DNA from: Clostridia bacterium
GTDB lineage: Bacteria; Bacillota; Clostridia; RGIG7378
Direction of reading: 5' to 3'
Assembly (NCBI GenBank): GCA_045588325.1
Contig: JAZNEA010000101.1
Coordinates: forward strand, 1 to 46,910
DNA: 46,910 bases
Shown: positions 27,749-37,877 of the stretch, one piece after another
Layout of the letters: every line of letters begins with the position of its first letter
Numbering within the stretch: the first letter of the stretch is position 1
Translations under genes and position numbers: made by a program
The notes under the pieces: generated by a model
Told to the model about the DNA's origin: nothing
The model's database searches: none
Seen by the model: only the letters and a program-made list of their open reading frames with translations

Positions 27749-29134
27749 ATGAACAATTCCAGGCAGTCAGGCGACAACAATTACAACGTGACAGGCGCAG
27801 CAGCCATGGCATTGCCTCATAGTCCTGAGGCAGAGCGATCTGTGCTAGGCGCAATGCTGATTTCCTCCACCTGCATTCCAGAGGTTATCGTGGATTTGCG
27901 AGAGGATGACTTTTTCATGCAGACGCACAGAGATATCTTCAGGGCGATTACTGACCAGTACAATGGGGGCAATCCAGTAGATATCATCACTGTCGCAGGC
28001 AGGATGGAGCAGGACGGAACTCTGGACAAGGTAGGAGGTACACCCTATCTGGCAGATTTGGCCACGGAGGTTCCCACCGCCGAGAACGTCATGCACTATG
28101 TCAGAATTGTCAAGGGACACTCTGATCTGCGCAAACTCATAATGATTGCCAGCACAATTACTAAGCAGGCCTATTCCAGACAGGATGATCCCGCAATGGT
28201 TAAGGAGCAGGCCAGACAAATGCTCTTTGATATGGATGCAGCAGATGGCGGCAAGGACTTGGAGCATATCGAGAAGGCAACTATCCGTTCGCTGCAAATT
28301 CTGGAGGAGAGGTACAAGACCAAGGGCAAGTTGTCCGGAGTGCCCACAGGATTCCGCAGCCTGGACAATATGACTTCAGGATTCCAAAAGGGCAACCTGG
28401 TTCTCCTTGCAGCCAGACCAGGTGTAGGAAAGTCCGCGTTGGCACTTAACTTTGCAACTCATGCGGCACTTAAGGCCAACATGCCAGTGGCCATCTTTAG
28501 CTTAGAAATGTCTAAGGAGGAGTTGGTTAACAGAATCGTCAGCTGCGAGGCTATGATTGATTCTAAGAAGTTTAAGACTGGCGACTTCTCCGACGAGGAC
28601 TGGGACAGCTACGCTTCCACCATGACCCGTATTTCTAAGGCACCCCTTTATATGGATGATACTGCCAATGTAACCGTGTCCGACATCAGGGCCAAGTGCC
28701 AAAAGCTCAAGATGCAGACAGGGGGTTTGGGCATGATTGTCATCGACTATTTGCAGCTCATGCAGACCACATCCAAGAGTGACAACAGATCTCAGGCAAT
28801 TGGCGAGATCACCAGATCACTTAAGATATTGGCCAAGGATATGGCAGTGCCCGTTCTGTTACTGTCACAGCTAAACCGTGCCGCAGAGGACAGAGAGAGA
28901 CCTGCATTGTCCGACTTGAGAGAATCAGGCTCCATCGAGCAGGATGCAGATATTGTTATGTTCATTGCCAACGAGACTAAGAAAAAGGGCGCCAACGTGG
29001 CAGACGAGGCCATTCCGGATACATATCCTGTAGAAATCGTATTGGCCAAGCACAGGAGCGGCTCCTTAGGATCAATTAAGCTGGCATGGACAGGTAAATA
29101 TACCAGATTCGACGAATTGGAATATCAGCAATGA
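27749..29134 (+). CDS. dnaB: Replicative DNA helicase
   Basis: PHSxEAExSVLG, AARPGVGKS, FSLEM, IDYLQL, LSQLNR, DLRESGSIEQDAD. Confidence 0.97.
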   Translation: MNNSRQSGDNNYNVTGAAAMALPHSPEAERSVLGAMLISSTCIPEVIVDLREDDFFMQTHRDIFRAITDQYNGGNPVDIITVAGRMEQDGTLDKVGGTPYLADLATEVPTAENVMHYVRIVKGHSDLRKLIMIASTITKQAYSRQDDPAMVKEQARQMLFDMDAADGGKDLEHIEKATIRSLQILEERYKTKGKLSGVPTGFRSLDNMTSGFQKGNLVLLAARPGVGKSALALNFATHAALKANMPVAIFSLEMSKEELVNRIVSCEAMIDSKKFKTGDFSDEDWDSYASTMTRISKAPLYMDDTANVTVSDIRAKCQKLKMQTGGLGMIVIDYLQLMQTTSKSDNRSQAIGEITRSLKILAKDMAVPVLLLSQLNRAAEDRERPALSDLRESGSIEQDADIVMFIANETKKKGANVADEAIPDTYPVEIVLAKHRSGSLGSIKLAWTGKYTRFDELEYQQ

Positions 29135-30492
29135 TTATCCTCAAACAAATCAGAGACAATCTATATGGGCCATGCGGCTACGATGGTAGCGGTATGGTGG
29201 TCGGCGTTTCGGGCGGAGCGGATTCTATGCTGTTGCTGGAGATGCTGATTGCCATTGAGGGTGCAGACAAACTCAGCGTATTGCATGTTAATCACAACAT
29301 CCGTGGAGATGAGGCTCTCAGAGATCAGCGCCATGTGGAGCAGTATTGTAGACAACGAGGAGTGGCGTTCAAGGCCGTTTGGAGGGATATTCCTGCTGAG
29401 GCGGAGTCCCAGGGCAGGTCTCTGGAGGAGGCTGGCAGGATTGCCAGATACCAGGAGTTGGAGGCAGAGGCAGCTCTCAGGGGATATAGATTTATTGCCT
29501 GTGCCCATCACGCAAATGACAGGGCTGAGACGGTAATGATGAACATTTTGCGCGGTTCCGGCGTCAGAGGGCTGAGGGGCATGGATTTTCTGTCAGGAGC
29601 GGTTATTCGCCCCATGCTAAACATAACAAGACAGCAGATTATGGAGTATGTGGAGGCCAACGGCATCCCCTATGTCACCGATACGACCAATAACGACAAT
29701 AGTTACAGGCGCAACGCTCTCCGTAATGATCTGTTTAAATACGTGGAGGATAATTACGGTGTCGATCTGACCGACAGGCTTAACTCTCTGGCAGACCTGG
29801 CAGCTGAGGATTCGGATTGTCTGGACAGGCTGGCGGAGACATTATATGGCCAAGCACTTTTGGAGGATTGTGGCAACCACGTAATTTTGGACATGGCAGT
29901 GTTGTCGGGACAAGAGCCCGCTCTGGTCAAGAGGGTGATCCGCAGGGCTATCCTGCAGGCCAAGGGAGACTTGGTGGATGTGACCCATAGCCATGTTCAG
30001 GCTGTTCAGGAGATTTGTAATCGTACTGGCAAGAGGGTTCACCTGCCACAGGGCATCGAGGCAGTCGTATCCTACGGTAAACTGTCAATTGGCCATTGCG
30101 GTCAACAGGAGAAACCTCTCCATACACCCACAATTTCATGGCAGATTGTTCCATATGTCCCTGAGGATAAGGCAAAGTACAGGCAGATGAATAAGGCCCC
30201 CGGTAGTGGGGAGAGCCTGACAGTTATGTGTTTTGACGCAGACAAGGTCTTGAACCTGGGAGAACCTCAGATCAGACACAGAGCTACCGGAGATCGAGTC
30301 CATCTGGACAAGGTTGGGTCAAAACGACTTAAGGATTGGATGATCGACAACAAGGTGCCTCTGGACGACCGGGATAATTTGTGGTTAGTAGCATGTGGCA
30401 ACAGAGTTTTGGCATTGCCACAGTATAGAGTTTTCGGAGGGTTGGAACCTGGAGACAATACACAAAAAGTTTTAATTCTGCGAATTGATTAG
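29131..30492 (+). CDS. tilS: tRNA(Ile)-lysidine synthetase
   Basis: GVSGGADS PP-loop, HVNH.IRG, AHH.ND.AET, IRPML, D.TN....Y.RN. Confidence 0.96.
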   Translation: MIILKQIRDNLYGPCGYDGSGMVVGVSGGADSMLLLEMLIAIEGADKLSVLHVNHNIRGDEALRDQRHVEQYCRQRGVAFKAVWRDIPAEAESQGRSLEEAGRIARYQELEAEAALRGYRFIACAHHANDRAETVMMNILRGSGVRGLRGMDFLSGAVIRPMLNITRQQIMEYVEANGIPYVTDTTNNDNSYRRNALRNDLFKYVEDNYGVDLTDRLNSLADLAAEDSDCLDRLAETLYGQALLEDCGNHVILDMAVLSGQEPALVKRVIRRAILQAKGDLVDVTHSHVQAVQEICNRTGKRVHLPQGIEAVVSYGKLSIGHCGQQEKPLHTPTISWQIVPYVPEDKAKYRQMNKAPGSGESLTVMCFDADKVLNLGEPQIRHRATGDRVHLDKVGSKRLKDWMIDNKVPLDDRDNLWLVACGNRVLALPQYRVFGGLEPGDNTQKVLILRID

Positions 30493-30543
30493 TGCATTGC
30501 ACCATGATAAAATCAAAAATCAGCGTGTTTCTTAGGAGGAGTC

Positions 30544-31086
30544 ATGTACTGGAAGAATGATATCAGCGAGGTCCTTATGACCCGTGAGGCAATAGCCGAG
30601 ATGGTTAGAGGCCTGGGAGAGCAGATTACCCGTGACTATGAGGGTAAGGATTTGCTAGTAGTAGGTATTCTTAAAGGAGCGTCTGTCTTTATGATGGATT
30701 TGGTTAAGTATATCGATCTTCCTCTGGCCATGGATTTTATGGTGGTTTCCAGCTATGGCAATATGAGTGCCACATCAGGAGAGGTCAAGATACTCAAGGA
30801 TGTCACAGCCAAGATGGAGAACAAGCACGTTTTGCTGGTTGAGGATATTATTGATTCAGGCCTCACAATGAGCAAGCTCAAGGAGGTTCTTAAGTTGCGC
30901 AATCCCGCATCTCTTAAGATTGTATCCGCCTTTGATAAGCCTGCAGGTCGCAGAGTGGAGATGCATTGCGACTACGTTGGTGCAGAGGTGCCGGATGAGT
31001 TTGTAGTAGGTTATGGCCTGGACTACGCAGAGAGATACAGGAACGTGCCGGAGTTGTGCGTTCTTAAGCCTGAGATTTACGAATAG
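30544..31086 (+). CDS. hpt: Hypoxanthine phosphoribosyltransferase
   Basis: GILKGA, VSSYG, LLVEDIIDSG.T, FVVGYGLD. Confidence 0.97.
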   Translation: MYWKNDISEVLMTREAIAEMVRGLGEQITRDYEGKDLLVVGILKGASVFMMDLVKYIDLPLAMDFMVVSSYGNMSATSGEVKILKDVTAKMENKHVLLVEDIIDSGLTMSKLKEVLKLRNPASLKIVSAFDKPAGRRVEMHCDYVGAEVPDEFVVGYGLDYAERYRNVPELCVLKPEIYE

Positions 31087-31104
31087 TTTTGGAGGATTAT
31101 TAGA

Positions 31105-33102
31105 TTGAAGAACAAAAAGAAGGTTGGCGGCCTTAGTATTTACCTTATGATTATTCTTATGGTTGCCCTGGTGGTTTTCCTGATTATGCCCGGTCCATCT
31201 GAATCCGTAGATGCTATGTATTCAGAGATTTTGGATGCTGCACTCAAGGGAGAGATTGTAGGCGTTGAGTTGGACAGCGAGACAGCCACCATTAAGGCAG
31301 AACTCCTGGTGCCAAAGGACGGCATCAAGTATATGACAGCCAGCGTGCCAGCTGACATCACCACAGCAGCCCAGAAGCTGCAGCAGCTCAAGGACGATGG
31401 ACATATTAGCTATTACAAGGCTAAGGAGCTTACTATCATCCCAGCTTGGGTTTCATATGTAGTCCCTGCAGTTTTTGGAGTGGGACTCATTCTGCTTATG
31501 ATGCACTTTATGCGTCAGAGCGCAGGTTCCGGTGCCAGAGGTGCCATGGACTTTGGACGTAGCACAGCCAAATTGGCTAAGGACATGAAGAAAAAGGTCA
31601 CATTCGCCAGTGTGGCAGGTGCCAAGGAGGAAAAGGAGGAGCTGCAGGAGGCTGTTGAGTTCCTGAAGAGCCCCGAAAAATACGTAGAAATTGGTGCTCG
31701 CATACCTAAGGGATTCCTGTTGGTAGGCCCTCCCGGTACAGGTAAGACATTGCTGGCTAAGGCAGTTGCCGGAGAGGCAGACGTACCCTTCTTTACAATT
31801 AGCGGATCCGACTTTATGGAGATGTTCGTAGGTGTGGGTGCTTCCCGAGTCAGAGACTTGTTCAACCAGGCCAAAAAGTCTGCTCCCAGCATCATTTTCA
31901 TCGACGAGATTGACGCCATTGGTAGACACAGAGGTGCCGGACTTGGCGGTGGACACGACGAGAGAGAGCAGACCCTTAACCAGATGCTGGTTGAGATGGA
32001 CGGTTTTGAGGCCAACGAGGGTGTTATCGTAATGGCAGCCACCAACCGCCCCGACATTCTGGACCCTGCATTGCTGAGACCTGGCCGTTTTGACAGACAG
32101 GTTGTGGTTGGATATCCAGACGTCAAGGGCCGCGAGGAGATTCTGATGGTTCACGCCAGGAACAAGAGGCTTGGTTCCGATGTGGACCTGGAGGACATCG
32201 CCAAGAATACTCAGGGCTTTACAGGTGCAGACCTGGAGAACCTGCTTAACGAGGCAGCGCTGTTGGCAGTCAGGGATAAGCGCAAGTTTATATCTGCAGC
32301 TGATGTCAAGGAGGCCGTATACAAGGTTATGATGGGCCCCGAGAAAAAGAGTCGCGTCGTCAGCGAAAAGGCCAAGAAGCTCACAGCATATCATGAGGCT
32401 GGTCACGCTCTGGTGCTCAAGCTGGTTTCCTCATTCCAAAAGGTGGACAGAGTTACCATCATTCCCGCAGGCAGAGCAGGAGGCTATACATCCTACCGCC
32501 CAGAGGAGGAAAAGGACTACTACACATATAACGATATTATCGAATCTATTAAGGTTGCCTTAGGCGGCAGAGCAGCAGAGCAGCTGGTACTGGGAGAGAT
32601 TTCCACAGGCGCAGCATCTGATTTGCAGTCTGTCAACTCGATGGTCCGCAAGCTCATTTTCAAGTATGGTATGAGCAAGAACTTTGAGAACATGATTTTT
32701 GGATCAGAGGGTGACGAGGTGTTTATCGGCAAGGACTTTGGCACAGTTCGCAATTACAGCGAGGAGACAGCCAGGATCCTGGACAACGAGATTAAGGATA
32801 TTATCCACAATGTATATGCAGAGATTCTGACATTGCTGGAGCAGAATATTGACAAACTCCATGCCCTGGCCGGAGTTCTCATAGAGAACGAAAAGGTGGA
32901 CGGAGAGGAGTTCGAGGCTATTTTTGCAGAGGGTATGGATTACCTCAACAGGCTCAAGGAGGCTAAGGCAGCCAAGACTGCTGAGGAGCAGGCTAAGGCC
33001 GAGGATGCAGAGGAGACCACCGAAACTCCTGAGGACCAGATGCCTGATACCCATGCAGAGGCAGAGGACAACGAGACAGAGGTTACAGGTGAACAGGAAT
33101 AG
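31105..33102 (+). CDS. ftsH: ATP-dependent zinc metalloprotease FtsH
   Basis: 2 [42 protein letters not shown]; acidic C-terminal tail. Confidence 0.98.
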   Translation: MKNKKKVGGLSIYLMIILMVALVVFLIMPGPSESVDAMYSEILDAALKGEIVGVELDSETATIKAELLVPKDGIKYMTASVPADITTAAQKLQQLKDDGHISYYKAKELTIIPAWVSYVVPAVFGVGLILLMMHFMRQSAGSGARGAMDFGRSTAKLAKDMKKKVTFASVAGAKEEKEELQEAVEFLKSPEKYVEIGARIPKGFLLVGPPGTGKTLLAKAVAGEADVPFFTISGSDFMEMFVGVGASRVRDLFNQAKKSAPSIIFIDEIDAIGRHRGAGLGGGHDEREQTLNQMLVEMDGFEANEGVIVMAATNRPDILDPALLRPGRFDRQVVVGYPDVKGREEILMVHARNKRLGSDVDLEDIAKNTQGFTGADLENLLNEAALLAVRDKRKFISAADVKEAVYKVMMGPEKKSRVVSEKAKKLTAYHEAGHALVLKLVSSFQKVDRVTIIPAGRAGGYTSYRPEEEKDYYTYNDIIESIKVALGGRAAEQLVLGEISTGAASDLQSVNSMVRKLIFKYGMSKNFENMIFGSEGDEVFIGKDFGTVRNYSEETARILDNEIKDIIHNVYAEILTLLEQNIDKLHALAGVLIENEKVDGEEFEAIFAEGMDYLNRLKEAKAAKTAEEQAKAEDAEETTETPEDQMPDTHAEAEDNETEVTGEQE

Positions 33103-34147
33103 TATCAGAATAATTTCTGCGTTGCTGGTACTGATTCAGTGCACTGTGTTCCTGACTGGATGTTCACAATCCGGGTTAGATTATGATCCCAATGACTATA
33201 TTACCAAGGTCGGCCAATATGCCGGCCTTGTAATTGTGAGAGAGGATACCACAGTCACAGAACAAGAGGTGCTGGATGCCATATATGCAGATTTGGAGGA
33301 TTATTGCCAGATTCAGGATGTTACCGAGGGTACAGTTGCCGAGGGAGATCGTGTGTTAATGGATTTCACAGGATCTGTGGATGGCCAGGTTTACGATAAT
33401 ACTCAGGCCAAAGACTATGACTATGTGTTAGGCAGTGGCAAGCTATTGTCTGGCATAGACGATAATCTGTATGGCAAATCTGTGGGACAGCCATTCACCA
33501 TCGAGATTCAGTTGCCTGCAAACTACTATGACGCAGCCCTGGCGGGTAAGGTCATGAGCCTTCAGATTACAATCAAGGCCAAGAGGGTGACAATAGTGCC
33601 CGAACTTACTGACGAATTTGTGTCAGACCTGGAGGTATCAGAATTCCAGACCGTTTCGGAGATGAAGGAGTACTACAGGAGTAGTATTAAGGCATCCAAG
33701 GAAGAGATAGCAGACGAAAAACAGGTAAATGATCTGTGGCAAAGGATATTAGACAGCTACGAGTTGTCCGAGTTGCCCTCCAAGGCAGTAAACGCCTATG
33801 TGGACGCGCTGATTTCGGAAACAGAGGCCAATGCAGAGGCATACGGAGTCACATTCCTGAACATGTTGTCTTATATGGGATTTGCATCGGAGAGTGAGTA
33901 CAAGTCATATTGCTACGAGCAGGCTCAGGATGCTGTGCGGCAGGATATTGTTTTTTACCACATCATTCAGGAGGTTGGCATATCCCATACCAAGCGGGAT
34001 GCCAAGGCTTTTGCGGAGGACAACTACCTGCAGTTTGGATACAAATCCGGACAGGAGCTAATTGATGAATATGGCACTGACTATATCATCGAATACCTGA
34101 ATAAGGACGCCCTCTGGACCTATTTGCTGGAGAACAACCAGCTTTGA
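33089..34147 (+). CDS. Trigger-factor-like lipoprotein 1 (FKBP plus TF C-terminal domain, no ribosome-binding domain)
   Basis: GTG start with an AGAGG RBS inside the ftsH 3' end; signal peptide with lipobox LTGC; GQY.GL, GD.V.MDF.G.VDG, LGSG, LAGK, PELTDEFV. Confidence 0.85.
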   Translation: MNRNSIRIISALLVLIQCTVFLTGCSQSGLDYDPNDYITKVGQYAGLVIVREDTTVTEQEVLDAIYADLEDYCQIQDVTEGTVAEGDRVLMDFTGSVDGQVYDNTQAKDYDYVLGSGKLLSGIDDNLYGKSVGQPFTIEIQLPANYYDAALAGKVMSLQITIKAKRVTIVPELTDEFVSDLEVSEFQTVSEMKEYYRSSIKASKEEIADEKQVNDLWQRILDSYELSELPSKAVNAYVDALISETEANAEAYGVTFLNMLSYMGFASESEYKSYCYEQAQDAVRQDIVFYHIIQEVGISHTKRDAKAFAEDNYLQFGYKSGQELIDEYGTDYIIEYLNKDALWTYLLENNQL

Positions 34148-34277
34148 TTATGAGTTCACGAATTGTTTAAGAGATTCAGAAACAATACGAGAATATACAT
34201 ATTTATTTTTTATATTAAGTGTGATAAAATGCCATGACGGCTAAGTTTACGCCAAAAAGAGACGAAAGGGACTCAAA

Positions 34278-35480
34278 ATGAAGAAACTTACATGCATTAT
34301 TCTCTGCGTTGCTATGGTGCTCTCATTTACAGCATGTGGCAAGGCAAAATTCTACACAGATGGATTCATCGAGACAAGAGGCACATATGAGGGCCACAAG
34401 GTAACTGTAGACAAGGATACAGTTGAGCATACTATGCGCTACCAGCTGGGCACATATGCTAACAGCTATTATTCTTCCAAGTTGGATTGGATTAAGGTTG
34501 AAATAGAGAAGACCGAGGATGCCAAGACTGACGATGCTAAGACAGACGACGTTAAGACAGATGACGCCAAGACACAGGACACCAAGGTTGAGTACACCGA
34601 CGAGCAGCTCACAGTAACCATGGATGACATCGTTATTATGAACTTTGTTGGATATGTTGATGGCAAGACTTTTGAGGGTGGTTCAGCAGATGCTTACGTT
34701 TACGTAATGGGCAGCTACACATTTATCGACGGTTTTGACACCGGCATGAACGGCAAGAAGCTGGGCGAGAAGTTTGACCTGAACCTCAAGTTCCCCGAGG
34801 ACTATTCCTCCAAGGATCTGGCAGGCAAGGATGTTAAGTTCGAGGTAACAATTACCGGCAGAGCTAACGTTCCCACAACAGATGCCAATGTTAAGGCATA
34901 CCTTAAGGATAAGTTGGGTCTGGAGACAGTTGCCAAGCTTAAGGAGTATGTTGAGGAGCAGATGTACCTCTCCGCAGTTATGGATGAGGTTATTGCCAGC
35001 TACAAGCTTTCCAAGGCTGGAGACGAGCACATTCAGTCCTATATCGATTACTACAAGGCTCAGGTCCAGAGCGTTTATGATCAGTATTCCAAGTACGAGA
35101 ATCTGGGTATTGACTCCTTTGACGCAGCCTGCGAGTTCTACACCTATTACTACGTAACAGGCGTTGCATACAACTGGGAGGCTTTCCAGGATTACGTATA
35201 CAACAACTGGAAGATGAACTTTGTTCTCTTTGATATTGCAGAGCAGAACGACATGATCGTTTCAGACGATGAGATTAAGCAGTATGCTAAGGATGAGCTC
35301 GCGAAGGATACAACTAAGTCCTACGAGCAGAACTACGGCATCACATCATGGAAGGGCTACCTGAACTACTTTGGTACATCGTATGTTCAGTTCATCGCAA
35401 CTCTGGAGAAGGGAACAGACACTATCTACGAGATGATTTTGGACGGCAACTCCTACGATCTTGTTTCAGAGACTAAGTAA
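34278..35480 (+). CDS. Trigger-factor-like lipoprotein 2 (canonical-looking FKBP domain)
   Basis: Lipobox FTAC at C20; F.GYVDGK.FEGG, GS..FIDGF, FPEDY....LAGK.V.FEVT. Confidence 0.88.
   Translation: MKKLTCIILCVAMVLSFTACGKAKFYTDGFIETRGTYEGHKVTVDKDTVEHTMRYQLGTYANSYYSSKLDWIKVEIEKTEDAKTDDAKTDDVKTDDAKTQDTKVEYTDEQLTVTMDDIVIMNFVGYVDGKTFEGGSADAYVYVMGSYTFIDGFDTGMNGKKLGEKFDLNLKFPEDYSSKDLAGKDVKFEVTITGRANVPTTDANVKAYLKDKLGLETVAKLKEYVEEQMYLSAVMDEVIASYKLSKAGDEHIQSYIDYYKAQVQSVYDQYSKYENLGIDSFDAACEFYTYYYVTGVAYNWEAFQDYVYNNWKMNFVLFDIAEQNDMIVSDDEIKQYAKDELAKDTTKSYEQNYGITSWKGYLNYFGTSYVQFIATLEKGTDTIYEMILDGNSYDLVSETK
34509..34583 (+). repeat. Five imperfect 15-bp tandem repeats encoding KT(E/D/Q)D(A/V/T)
   Basis: aagaccgaggatgcc-aagactgacgatgct-aagacagacgacgtt-aagacagatgacgcc-aagacacaggacacc. 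Confidence 0.85.
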
Positions 35481-35486
35481 GACGTC

Positions 35487-36521
35487 ATGTTTAAGAAAGT
35501 ATTAGCAGTTATACTTGTCCTGGCATCAATGCTATCAATCGCAGCATGTGGCAGCGAGGATAACACTTCGTATATTGACGGCTGTATTGTTAAACTGGGT
35601 CAATACAAGGATCTTACCATAACTATATCCGACAGCGAACTGGAGGAGTTTATGGTAGACACGTTCAAAAAGAACACCACCTACGTCAACACAATTCGTG
35701 GCACAGTTGGCAAGAATGACTCTGTGGTTATCACAACCGAGGTAACATGTGATGGCACCAAGGTCGACTCTTTGTCAGTAAAGGATACCATTGTGTCCTT
35801 GGGCGTAGGAGGCAATATTCCTGGATTTGACAAGGCTGTGGCTGGCCAGTCATCAGGTAAGCCATTTACCTTCACATTGACTTTGCCGGAGGATTTTGAA
35901 GACGAGACACTTGCAGGCAAAGAGGTTGTCTATACTGCAACTGTTACGACCATTATGGCATATCCCGAGATCAACGACTCCACGATCAGAGATGCCATGT
36001 ATGCCACAACTGGCATATTCAATGAGACAGATTTTAAGGTGTACTGCAGAAATAACCTTTATGTACAGAAGATCGTCGATCAGGTCCGTAGCACTACGAC
36101 CATCGATCATGTGGTGCAGAGCGATATTGACGAGTACATACAGTATTACAATGAGTATTACGCAACAGCCTATATCCAGCAGCTGCAGAGCGGGTTTAAG
36201 GGAGACTTTACAGAGTATTGTAAGACTTACCTTAACAGAACTGTCGAGCAGTTGGATAAGGACATTGCTGCAGATGCCCAGGCAAATGCTGAGTTCAAGG
36301 TCATTATGTATGCCATTTGTGAGGCAGAGGGCATGGTAGCAACAGATGCTCAGATTAAGACTCTGGCAGTTAACTACTTTGAATCATATGGTTATGGTAC
36401 ACCCAGGGCGTTTATCAAGGGAGAAGGTCAGGAGTATCTGAGATACACACTTACTCACCAGGATTTGTCTTCTGCATATTTGTTCTTAAGACAGAACAAT
36501 ATTTTGGGAGCCAGCAAATAA
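35487..36521 (+). CDS. Trigger-factor-like lipoprotein 3 (degenerate FKBP domain)
   Basis: Lipobox IAAC at C21; LGQYKDL, LG.G.NIPGFD, LPEDF....LAGKEV, AI.EAEG. Confidence 0.85.
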   Translation: MFKKVLAVILVLASMLSIAACGSEDNTSYIDGCIVKLGQYKDLTITISDSELEEFMVDTFKKNTTYVNTIRGTVGKNDSVVITTEVTCDGTKVDSLSVKDTIVSLGVGGNIPGFDKAVAGQSSGKPFTFTLTLPEDFEDETLAGKEVVYTATVTTIMAYPEINDSTIRDAMYATTGIFNETDFKVYCRNNLYVQKIVDQVRSTTTIDHVVQSDIDEYIQYYNEYYATAYIQQLQSGFKGDFTEYCKTYLNRTVEQLDKDIAADAQANAEFKVIMYAICEAEGMVATDAQIKTLAVNYFESYGYGTPRAFIKGEGQEYLRYTLTHQDLSSAYLFLRQNNILGASK

Positions 36522-36535
36522 ACAATCGCAAAACT

Positions 36536-36565
36536 AAAGGGGGGTGTAAAAACACCCCCCTTTTT
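36536..36565. terminator. Bidirectional terminator
   Basis: AAAGGGGGGTGT-AAAA-ACACCCCCCTTTTT between convergent genes. Confidence 0.85.
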
Positions 36566-36573
36566 GTGTGATT

Positions 36574-37245
36574 CTATACCACGTACAGCAGTATTGCCAG
36601 GAACTGTAAGAAGGATCCGACCACCACAAAGATGTGGAATACAGAGTGCATGAATTTGACCTTTTTGCCCACGCCATACAGTATGGCACCTATTGTATAT
36701 GCCACACCTCCCGCAAAAACGAGAACCATGCCTGGAACGGTAATTGCCTCTACTGTAGGTTTAAAGGCGAAGATAATGAGCCACCCCAGGGCAATATAGC
36801 AAATCATAGAAAATACCTTAAATGAGTTCAAATCTATGGCCGTCAGCGTGATTGCCAAGGCGGAGACACCCCACATGATGCCAAAAATGACCCATGCCAA
36901 AACGGGGTAGAGAGGACGAATACCGGCCAGGAGTATGGGAGTGTATGTGCCTGCAATGAGAAGATATATGGTGCAATGATCCAGAACCTGCAAGACCTTC
37001 TTAGCAGTTCCGGGGCGCAGTCCGTGGTATATGCTGGACATAGTGTATAGTACAATCATGCTGAACCCATAGATGGAGCTACCCACTATAGCCCATGAAT
37101 CGCGATGCAGAACAGAAAATATGACGCACAACACCAGGGCCACCACGCCAAATCCACCGCCCACGATGTGAGTTACCATATTGAAAATCTCCTCACCCTT
37201 AGTGTAGTTCGGCAAAACTCGATGACTTAATTTGGTTCTCGACAT
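36574..37245 (-). CDS. Hemolysin III/PAQR-family membrane protein (TrhA-like)
   Basis: EE..N..TH, SSIYH, DH..IYLLIAGTYTP, H..FH.FV motifs; RBS GGAG. Confidence 0.93.
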   Translation of the reverse strand: MSRTKLSHRVLPNYTKGEEIFNMVTHIVGGGFGVVALVLCVIFSVLHRDSWAIVGSSIYGFSMIVLYTMSSIYHGLRPGTAKKVLQVLDHCTIYLLIAGTYTPILLAGIRPLYPVLAWVIFGIMWGVSALAITLTAIDLNSFKVFSMICYIALGWLIIFAFKPTVEAITVPGMVLVFAGGVAYTIGAILYGVGKKVKFMHSVFHIFVVVGSFLQFLAILLYVV

Positions 37246-37281
37246 AACATAGTCTCCAATACTAGATGAAATAATAACCAT

Positions 37282-37310
37282 ATAATAAGACATGGACAAG
37301 ATAATGTCAA
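37282..37310 (-). promoter_or_regulatory. sigmaA promoter of the hemolysin III gene
   Basis: Minus strand TTGACA-17 bp-TATTAT. Confidence 0.65.
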
Positions 37311-37409
37311 CGCAGTTTAGTGAGATAAATTTTTGTTAAAATTCCCTCATGACGGCATCCAAGGATTTATGGTATTATATAAATCACTAATAAGTTATAG
37401 TGAGGCAGT

Positions 37410-37679
37410 ATGACATTAACAGGCAATTGTATTAAGGATAATCGCGTTGTTGATACGGCTACTGTCGTAATAGACGACCCAGAGTTGTCGTTTCACGACC
37501 AGTTGGAGCAGGGCCTGTTGCAGCTGTGCCAGATACTGCGTCTCACCACACCCATCTGGATGAAAAAGAACACAGTCCAATTATCTGCTATAGCGGCAGC
37601 TATTTTTGACAGAGACCAGTTTATTGATGCGGATGACATGCGTATTGACAAGTTTGAGATACGCTTGGAGAGGCGATAG
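37410..37679 (+). CDS. Small conserved clostridial hypothetical protein
   Basis: RBS GAGG; LC..L....PIW.KKN...F..D.FI....D.FEI pattern. Confidence 0.75.
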   Translation: MTLTGNCIKDNRVVDTATVVIDDPELSFHDQLEQGLLQLCQILRLTTPIWMKKNTVQLSAIAAAIFDRDQFIDADDMRIDKFEIRLERR

Positions 37680-37877
37680 GCATCACCATTGGCAGAGGGA
37701 TTTCCTTGGCCATCACCTTGTAAATATCCCTCCGGGGTTATTAGTTTTGCGAACAGTTGATTTTGGATAGAAATCATGAGTCTGTTTAAGTTTGACAGCG
37801 GCTTGTATCCATATTCAGTCAGATAGCATATGACTGGGTTTCATGGTTTCACTGTAGGTTAAAAGGAAAGGTATGAT

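Noticed and set aside
32924-33088. Arg-rich N-terminal extension of the first TF-like ORF, and similar extensions at 13483, 18345, 8121 and 46307
   Set aside because: ORF-caller overrun into the upstream gene or promoter; better-supported downstream starts exist
27749-33102. Possible codon reassignment (frequent AGG/AGA)
   Set aside because: These codons fall at conserved Arg positions in the motifs checked, and both tRNAs have standard anticodons
36574-37245. Hemolysin as a virulence factor
   Set aside because: HlyIII/PAQR proteins are ubiquitous membrane-homeostasis proteins
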